This document shows positions 57,815 through 64,000 of a stretch of DNA of 64,000 nucleotides, one piece after another. The position numbers and the translations under genes are program-made. The stretch's first letter is position 1. The number at the start of each line of letters is the position of its first letter. The notes below the pieces were generated by a model. That model did no database searches, was not told the DNA's origin, and saw nothing but the letters and a program-made list of their open reading frames with translations. Source of the DNA: an uncultured Methanosarcinales archaeon (GTDB lineage Archaea; Nanobdellota; Nanobdellia; Woesearchaeales; GW2011-AR15); the NCBI GenBank assembly GCA_964537195.1, contig CAZHYZ010000002.1, positions 296-64,295 on the forward strand. The letters run 5' to 3'.

Positions 57815-58348
57815 ATGGTTAAAAAAACAAAAGTTGAAGCGAGATATTATCCAAACACAATTCTTACTGAGAACTCAGATGAAACAAGAGAAATTTATAA
57901 TCAGGGCAGGTATGGGAATATTAAGGACGACAAACTAAATCTGTCATTGATAGAAGGGCTTTATTTGATGGAAAAAGACAAATTAGAAATATATGATGGC
58001 AGAAGGCACAAACTTTCTACAAAAGAGTATATGAAAAAAGCAACAAAACAAGAACCAAATTTTTGGGTAAGATATCAAGTTTACAAAGATTTGCGAAACA
58101 GAGGGTACATAGTAAAGACAGCACTAAAATTTGGAGCGGATTTTAGGGTTTATGACAGAGGTGTCAAACCAGGAGAAGATCATGCTAAATGGGTAGTTTA
58201 TCCTGTACACGAAGGATCTACCTTAACATGGTATGAATTTGCAGCAAAGAACAGGGTGGCGCATTCTACAAAGAAAAGGCTTTTGCTTGGTGTTGTAGAT
58301 GATGAAGGAGACGTCTCTTTTTGGGAGTGTCGTTGGCTGAGACCATAA
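57815..58348 (+). CDS. endA: tRNA splicing endonuclease (single-unit alpha type)
   Basis: LSLIEGLYL, VYKDLRNRGY, KFGADFRVY, H and K of the catalytic triad present. Confidence 0.95.
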   Translation: MVKKTKVEARYYPNTILTENSDETREIYNQGRYGNIKDDKLNLSLIEGLYLMEKDKLEIYDGRRHKLSTKEYMKKATKQEPNFWVRYQVYKDLRNRGYIVKTALKFGADFRVYDRGVKPGEDHAKWVVYPVHEGSTLTWYEFAAKNRVAHSTKKRLLLGVVDDEGDVSFWECRWLRP

Positions 58349-58382
58349 TCTTTATATAACTACAAACAAATTATTCTAACAG

Positions 58383-59240
58383 ATGATTGATAAAAACTCT
58401 GTTCTATCTATAGTTAGAGAAAAAGGCCCTGTGCTTCCTAGACATGTAGTTAAAGAATTGGGAGGAGACACATTTATGGTGGGAGCAGTTCTAAGTCAAT
58501 TAGTAGATAACAAAGAGATAAAAATAAGTCATGCAAAGATAGGAGGAAGCCCTGTTTATTATGTCCCAGGCCAAGAAGAAAAGCTTTCTTCTTTGTATGA
58601 ACATCTTCACGAGAAAGAAAAAAAAGCATATGATTTATTGAAAGAAAAAAATATAATTAGAGATAGTACAGCAGAACCAGTTATTAGGGTAGCCTTAAGA
58701 CATATTAGAGATTTTGCAAAACCACTAGAAGTTAATTTACATGGAAAGAAAGAAATCTTTTGGAAGTGGTATCTTTTACCAAATTCAGAAGCAGAGGAAA
58801 AAATAAAAAAAATTTTAGATATAAAGGTTCCACCAAAACAAAAAGAGGAAAAACCAAAAAAAGAAGAAAAAGAAACTTCAAACATAGAAGAAGCAGAAGA
58901 AAAAAGTGAAGATGAAAAGAAGAGGTCAGAAGACACATTACTTGAGAAAGTACAAAAAATATTTGATGAAAAAGACATAGAGATTTTGGAAACAGAAGTA
59001 ATCAGAAAAAACACAGACATTGAAATGGTTATTAAAATACCGAGCAGAGTTGGGAAACTTAGATACTTTTGTAAAGTCAGAGACAAGAAAAGGTGTAATG
59101 ATAAGGATTTAAGCAGTGCTTTTGTTCAGGGACAGATGAGAAAACTTCCGGTATTGTTCGCTATGACAGGCAAATTCACAAAGAAAGCAGAAGAAATGCT
59201 GGACAAAGAATTTCAAATGATATCTTTATTAAAAATTTAA
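58383..59240 (+). CDS. Hypothetical protein with N-terminal winged helix and C-terminal alpha/beta domain
   Basis: KGPVLPRHVVKELG...GAVLSQLV wHTH; charged linker; 1-nt gap to fen. Confidence 0.65.
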   Translation: MIDKNSVLSIVREKGPVLPRHVVKELGGDTFMVGAVLSQLVDNKEIKISHAKIGGSPVYYVPGQEEKLSSLYEHLHEKEKKAYDLLKEKNIIRDSTAEPVIRVALRHIRDFAKPLEVNLHGKKEIFWKWYLLPNSEAEEKIKKILDIKVPPKQKEEKPKKEEKETSNIEEAEEKSEDEKKRSEDTLLEKVQKIFDEKDIEILETEVIRKNTDIEMVIKIPSRVGKLRYFCKVRDKKRCNDKDLSSAFVQGQMRKLPVLFAMTGKFTKKAEEMLDKEFQMISLLKI

Positions 59241-59241
59241 A

Positions 59242-60267
59242 ATGGGAACACAATTAGGAGATATGATAGAGTCAGAAGAGATTTCTTTATTAGGACTTAC
59301 GGATAAAAAACTTGTAATAGATGCTTATAATATACTGTATCAATTTTTAACTACAATACGCCAAAGAGATGGCACACCTTTAATGGATTCAGAAGGAAAC
59401 ATTACAAGTCACTTGTCAGGATTGTTTTTTAGGACCATAAAACTGATGAATAATAATTTGAAACTTGCTTTTGTTTTTGATGGCAAACCCCCAGAGCTGA
59501 AACAAGAAGAAAGAGACAGAAGAAGAGAACTAAAACAAGATGCACAAAGGAAATATGAATTAGCAGTGGAAAAAGGAGATTTAGAATTAATGAGAAAATA
59601 CGCATCAAGAACTTCTGTTTTAACTAAGGAGATGGTTGAGGAATCAAAACAACTTTTATCAGTACTGGGCATTCCAGTAATCCAAGCACCAAGCGAGGGA
59701 GAGGCACAGGCGGCACATATGGTTAAAAAAGGAGAATTTTATGCTCTGGTTAGTCAGGACACAGATGGCTTGTTGTTCGGTAGCCCAAGAATTATTAAAA
59801 ACTTATCAATAACAGGGAGGAGAAAAAAGACAGGCACCTCAGTATATGAATCAATTAATCCTGAAATAGTTTATTTAGAAAAGAATCTGGACAAATTAAA
59901 TATAGACAGAGATCAACTAATAGTCATAGCGATGCTTTGCGGAACAGATTTTAATGTGGGGGGCATAAAAGGGATAGGACCAAAAACCTCTTTAAAACTT
60001 ATAGAAAAACATGGCCAGAATTTCGATGCTCTTTTCAAAGAAGCTGAATGGGATAAACATTTTGATTATAGTTGGGAAGAAATCTTTGAAATTATAAAGG
60101 ACATGCCACATACGAACAAGTATGATTTAATATGGGGGAAAATAGAAAAAGACAAAATTAGAGAGCTGCTGGTTGAAAAGCATGATTTTTCCGAAAAAAG
60201 AATAAATAATGCGTTAGAGGAGTTAGAAAAACAAAAGAAGCAGAAAGGACTATCAGACTTTTTCTAA
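59242..60267 (+). CDS. fen: Flap endonuclease 1
   Basis: IDAYN, FVFDGKPP, QAPSEGEAQAA, SQDTD, GTDFN, GIGPK, C-terminal PIP box QKGLSDFF. Confidence 0.98.
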   Translation: MGTQLGDMIESEEISLLGLTDKKLVIDAYNILYQFLTTIRQRDGTPLMDSEGNITSHLSGLFFRTIKLMNNNLKLAFVFDGKPPELKQEERDRRRELKQDAQRKYELAVEKGDLELMRKYASRTSVLTKEMVEESKQLLSVLGIPVIQAPSEGEAQAAHMVKKGEFYALVSQDTDGLLFGSPRIIKNLSITGRRKKTGTSVYESINPEIVYLEKNLDKLNIDRDQLIVIAMLCGTDFNVGGIKGIGPKTSLKLIEKHGQNFDALFKEAEWDKHFDYSWEEIFEIIKDMPHTNKYDLIWGKIEKDKIRELLVEKHDFSEKRINNALEELEKQKKQKGLSDFF

Positions 60268-60302
60268 TTAATTATTTAAATTTTAGTTATCTTCTTTTTT
60301 AT

Positions 60303-61313
60303 ATGAAAGCATTTAAGGTTGATTTAAAACATGCAGAAAAAGCAAAAAAAGAACTTCTTGAAGAAGGAATTTACCATAAAGAATATTTACCGAAAAAAGA
60401 GAAATCTAAAATTTTTTTCCCAGTAAAAAAAGAGAAAGAAATTAATGTTAAAGGCCAGTTTGTAGAAACAGTTCTTCAAAAAACAGAAAAATTAAACACA
60501 TATAAAGAACTCTTAGAAGACCTTCCAGAAAAAAAACGAGATAAACTTCCTAGTTCTTACGACATAATAGGAAACATAATTATTATTGAAATACCTGATG
60601 AATTAAAAGACACAGAGAAAAGAATAGCTAAAGCAATTCTTGAAACACATTCACAAGTGAAAACCGTACTAAAAAAAGCAAGCACACATTCCGGAGAATT
60701 TAGAACACAAAACACAAAGCATTTGGGTGGCGAAAGGAAGAAAGAGACAACATATAAAGAAAACAACACAACTCTAAAATTAGATGTTGATAAAACTTAT
60801 TTTTCATCGAGACTAAGCACAGAAAGAAAGAGGATATATTCACAAGTAAAAAAAGGAGAATCAATCTTAGTTATGTTTTCAGGTGTAGGTTCATATCCAT
60901 TAACAATAGCTAGAAATTCAAAAGCAAAAAGAATTGTAGGTATAGAAAAAAACCCTGTTGCGCACAAGTATGCAGAAGAGAACAAAAAGTTGAACAAATC
61001 AATAAACGTTGAATTTATAGAAGGAGATGTTAGAAAAGTTGTTCCTACACTAACTAATAATTTTGATAGGATAATAATGCCTTTGCCAAAAGATGCAGAG
61101 AAATTTTTAGATTTGGTTCCGCAAGTTGCAAAAGACCAAACAATAATACACATATATGTTTTCAATGAATCTCTAAAAGATGCAGAGAGGACAATTAAGC
61201 AGGAATGTAAGAAACAGAAAATAAAATGTAATATAATCTCGTCTGTAGTATGTGGCCAGTATTCTCCTTCTACTTATAGAATCTGTGTGGATTTTAAAGT
61301 GCATGCTCATTAG
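60303..61313 (+). CDS. trm5: Trm5/Met-10-family tRNA methyltransferase
   Basis: SYDIIGNI, KTYFSSRLSTER, MFSGVG, DRIIMPLP. Confidence 0.88.
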   Translation: MKAFKVDLKHAEKAKKELLEEGIYHKEYLPKKEKSKIFFPVKKEKEINVKGQFVETVLQKTEKLNTYKELLEDLPEKKRDKLPSSYDIIGNIIIIEIPDELKDTEKRIAKAILETHSQVKTVLKKASTHSGEFRTQNTKHLGGERKKETTYKENNTTLKLDVDKTYFSSRLSTERKRIYSQVKKGESILVMFSGVGSYPLTIARNSKAKRIVGIEKNPVAHKYAEENKKLNKSINVEFIEGDVRKVVPTLTNNFDRIIMPLPKDAEKFLDLVPQVAKDQTIIHIYVFNESLKDAERTIKQECKKQKIKCNIISSVVCGQYSPSTYRICVDFKVHAH

Positions 61314-61372
61314 TTACTACCGACTATCATCTCCTTTCGGATCAATTGGTGTTCACTTAATCATCGCATGCA
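61300..61372 (-). ncRNA. Candidate C/D-box guide sRNA with variant boxes
   Basis: UGCAUGC/GCAUGCA terminal stem, C AUGAUUA, D' UUGA, UCC-GAAA-GGA hairpin, C' AUGAUA, D AUGA, two 12-14 nt guide spacers; TATA-like TTTTTAAA about 20 nt upstream. Confidence 0.68.
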
Positions 61373-61402
61373 AGAAACTATAATTAGAAAGAATTTAAAA
61401 AT

Positions 61403-62545
61403 TTAGCCAAACATGTTCATAAAATCCTGTCCTTCTGAAAGTTCGTCTTCTTTTACTTTTTTTATTGCTTTTTTGAAGTCTTCATTATTTACTATTGTTC
61501 TGTCATCTCTTATAGCAAAATAACCGGCTTCCGTGCACACTGCTTTTATTTCTGCACCTGAAAAATCTTCCATTGAATATAAGAGATTCTCAACTTCAAC
61601 CTCTTTTAATGTCATTCTTTTTGTATGGATCTTGAATATCTCTCTTTTTCCATCTTTATCAGGCAATGGAACATGTATTAATCTATCCAATCTCCCTGGC
61701 CTCAAAATTGCAGGATCAAGGATGTCTCTCCTATTAGTACATCCAATTACTTTAACGTTTCCGAGCGATTCAAAACCATCTATTTCAGCAAGTAATTGCA
61801 TAAATGTTCTTTGAACTTCCCTTTCTCCTGAAGTTCCAATATCGACCCTTTTTGCAGCCAGCGCATCTATTTCATCAATATAGATTATTGAAGGACCCTT
61901 TTCTTTTGCCAACGAAAAAATCTCCTTTACAAGTTTTGCTCCTTCTCCTATAAATTTTTGTACCAGTTCAGAACCTACAACTTCAATAAAAGTACTATCG
62001 GTAGCATTTGCTACTGCTTTAGCAAGCAAAGTTTTTCCTGTCCCTGGCGGACCATATAATAAGATGCCTTTTGGTGGTTGAATACCTATTGTTCTAAACA
62101 AACCAGGTTTTTTTAAAGGAAGCTCAACAACTTCTTTTATTTCTAAAATTTGTTTATGTAATCCACCAATATCTTCAAAAGAAGTATCTGGTTTTTCCAT
62201 TATTATAAATTGTTGAACATTAAATCCTTTTGTTTTTGTAAACTTTCTAATTATATTTAGGTTTTTTTGGTCGACAAGAACAGAATCCCCGGCTTTCAAA
62301 GGATCACATGTTTCAGATATACAGACAAAAAATTGATTTCCGTTTGGAACCTTAATAATAGCATTATTATTTACAACTTCCCTTACTTCACATAACATCA
62401 GAGGAGGAGTTCTTAGCCGATCTATTTCGTTTTTTAAATGGTTAATGGTTTCTTTTAGAATTCTGTTTTCTTCTTCTAATTCACTTATGTTAGATGAATA
62501 AGTAAACATTATGTTTGCAAGTTCTTTACTGCTATTACTGTCCAT
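61403..62545 (-). CDS. pan: Proteasome-activating nucleotidase (start set at 62545)
   Basis: Coiled coil plus OB fold, GILLYGPPGTGKT, IDEID, RPGRLDR, C-terminal HbYX-like MFG. Confidence 0.95.
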   Translation of the reverse strand: MDSNSSKELANIMFTYSSNISELEEENRILKETINHLKNEIDRLRTPPLMLCEVREVVNNNAIIKVPNGNQFFVCISETCDPLKAGDSVLVDQKNLNIIRKFTKTKGFNVQQFIIMEKPDTSFEDIGGLHKQILEIKEVVELPLKKPGLFRTIGIQPPKGILLYGPPGTGKTLLAKAVANATDSTFIEVVGSELVQKFIGEGAKLVKEIFSLAKEKGPSIIYIDEIDALAAKRVDIGTSGEREVQRTFMQLLAEIDGFESLGNVKVIGCTNRRDILDPAILRPGRLDRLIHVPLPDKDGKREIFKIHTKRMTLKEVEVENLLYSMEDFSGAEIKAVCTEAGYFAIRDDRTIVNNEDFKKAIKKVKEDELSEGQDFMNMFG

Positions 62546-62597
62546 CTTTACGCAAAGACAGGTAATGAAATATATTAATAAATCTTGTGGAATAAGC

Positions 62598-64000
62598 TTA
62601 AATAACAAACGATCCGTTTTTGATTATCCATTTCTTTTTATTTTCATTACCTATCCCATAAATATCAAGTTTTTGTCTAGGAGAATCTATAACAACATCC
62701 ATATGATATTCTGTTGCTGTATCTGGTTCAAAACCTGCACCAAATGCTATGTGAATCATGTTGGCAATTTTTTCATTTATTATCAAATAATCACATAATG
62801 AAGCATTCGGGTTGGTGTTTATGGCAAATTCTCCTATCTGGTCGAAATTGTTTTTCTTTAGTTCTATAATTTTTTTTGGTAGACTCTTGTTTTTTTCCTG
62901 CTCTCTTATGTTTTCCCAAGCTTCTTTTTTTCTTTTATTGAAGGCCTCAACAACTTTCTTAGGGCCTGAGAAGAGTTTATAACCTTCTTTATCTACCGTT
63001 GCAATAAATGGATTATTTTCATTTAATCTATAGCTCTTATCTATATTTATTACAACATCCCCAACTATCTTTCCTTTTACATGAGCAGGAGTAGTAAACG
63101 CCTCTCCGCCAGGAATGTTGGCCATCATGCCCATATCTTTTCCAGTTTCCTTTTTTATTCTCGGATTAATTAAGAAACGAGTATCTGAATCACTATATAA
63201 TATAAGTCTCCTTTTTCCATTTTTGATGAGACCAACTTCAAAATCGCAGCCATCTTTTATATTGCTTTTTACAACAACTTTCTCACACCCTTCTAATATA
63301 TCTCCTATCTGTTTGTTTCTTTTTCTCATCTCTTCATAATTTATTAAAGTAGATTCAATTAATTTGTCAATAGGAACAGTGGAAGTGAAACTTACCCTGC
63401 TCTTTGGTGGTCTTTCTTCTTCCCAGGATTGAGGATACCAATGAAACTTATAGATCATTTGTGCCGGAGAATTCCAAGTGCTTTTCATGTTCTTAGTAGG
63501 ATAACCTATCTTTTCACCAAAAAGGTGTTTACCATGATATCCCTTTGAAGATATGAAGAAAGTTGCTTCTGCTAATTTTAGTCTGTTTAGATACAATTCT
63601 TTTGACACCTTTTTGAAATCTATGAAGGGTTGTTTTGAAATTTCTTTCTCAAGTTCTAGACCAAGCAAAGTTGTAATCAACTCAGATATTTTTTCTGGTT
63701 CATCCCGTTGTCCTTCTCTTAATGTACCTGCTTTAATAGTAACTTTCTTGCACTTGTCTTTTGAACTAAAATACATAGAGTCACATATAGCATAAGAATC
63801 TAAATAGTCTTGTAATGGGTCCTGCAGCAATTTTTTATTAGGAATTAAAGCAAAACCAACTGAGAAAAGTTCGTTATTCTTTAATGCAAAAACTTCTTTT
63901 ACAATTCTGTTGGTTGTTTTTCTTAGTTTTTGCTCCATAAACGGAACAAACCAATCCCCCTTATAATCTAAATTTATATTTCCTTCAAATTTAGATTTTT
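62598..64000 (-). CDS. Aminopeptidase, M29/AmpS family (partial; the frame stays open to the window end)
   Basis: NIPGGEAF, GEFAINTN, NEKI...HIAFG, HMDVV; no in-frame stop between 63938 and 64000. Confidence 0.85.
   Translation of the reverse strand, partial: KSKFEGNINLDYKGDWFVPFMEQKLRKTTNRIVKEVFALKNNELFSVGFALIPNKKLLQDPLQDYLDSYAICDSMYFSSKDKCKKVTIKAGTLREGQRDEPEKISELITTLLGLELEKEISKQPFIDFKKVSKELYLNRLKLAEATFFISSKGYHGKHLFGEKIGYPTKNMKSTWNSPAQMIYKFHWYPQSWEEERPPKSRVSFTSTVPIDKLIESTLINYEEMRKRNKQIGDILEGCEKVVVKSNIKDGCDFEVGLIKNGKRRLILYSDSDTRFLINPRIKKETGKDMGMMANIPGGEAFTTPAHVKGKIVGDVVINIDKSYRLNENNPFIATVDKEGYKLFSGPKKVVEAFNKRKKEAWENIREQEKNKSLPKKIIELKKNNFDQIGEFAINTNPNASLCDYLIINEKIANMIHIAFGAGFEPDTATEYHMDVVIDSPRQKLDIYGIGNENKKKWIIKNGSFVI

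Noticed and set aside
6642-62608. N-terminal extensions implied by ORF-track starts for uL24, Toprim, the Pro-rich protein, SufC, SufS, the thiolase, the ATPase, the pilin and PAN
   Set aside because: They overlap neighbouring genes or start at the GTG inside the GAGGTGA Shine-Dalgarno. Downstream ATGs fit the family N-termini.
254-63795. Many 60-230 aa ORFs antisense or frameshifted to identified genes (e.g. 788..1174, 2270..2758, 10236..10709, 16769..17332, 18495..19190, 43928..44452)
   Set aside because: They are shadow frames of K/E-rich genes, giving F/L/S-rich text with no motifs, and lie almost entirely within well-supported CDSs.
1-64000. tRNA, rRNA, transposase, integrase or prophage genes
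   Set aside because: I found no cloverleaf/T-loop signature, long GC-rich rRNA tract, recombinase motif or terminal repeat on reading. A tRNAscan or Infernal run would be needed to exclude them fully.

Overview
AT-rich archaeal chromosome segment read with the standard genetic code. It most likely comes from a DPANN archaeon (Woesearchaeota-like). That is inferred from a single-chain PriS-PriL fused primase, a DPANN-type pilus locus and DPANN-type small hypothetical proteins. Contents from start to end: (1-12903) the complete archaeal S10/spc ribosomal superoperon, rpl3 to secY, on the minus strand; (13-20 kb) SpoIIM-like membrane protein, RPA2-like protein, MCM, TBP, NnrD, fused primase and a Toprim protein; (20-26 kb) a lamin-tail surface protein, three related helical-hairpin proteins and glycosyltransferases; (26-37.6 kb) a bacterial-looking block with rsmI, nrdR, a Cys-rich HTH regulator, sufCBDSU and a minimal [NiFe]-hydrogenase module (protease, large and small subunits, HypC, DUF6390-like protein, DMT transporter, FNR-like reductase); (37.6-47.7 kb) a phased TTATAATG array next to a coiled-coil/wHTH gene, a tRNA thiolase, Rpp30 and a type IV pilus locus; (47.7-54.2 kb) polD large and small subunits and cdc6, followed by a probable replication origin with two inverted ORBs; (54-64 kb) TrmB, Hjc, histone, RNase Z, EndA, FEN1, Trm5, PAN and an M29 peptidase. 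I found no tRNA, rRNA, CRISPR array, transposase or intein. The best leads are the minimal hydrogenase module with no hypABDEF beside it, two candidate non-coding RNAs (one a C/D-box guide with compensatory box changes), the phased repeat array, a primase whose Fe-S cysteines are gone, and a paralogous helical-hairpin triad. All family assignments come from motif recognition and memory, not database searches.
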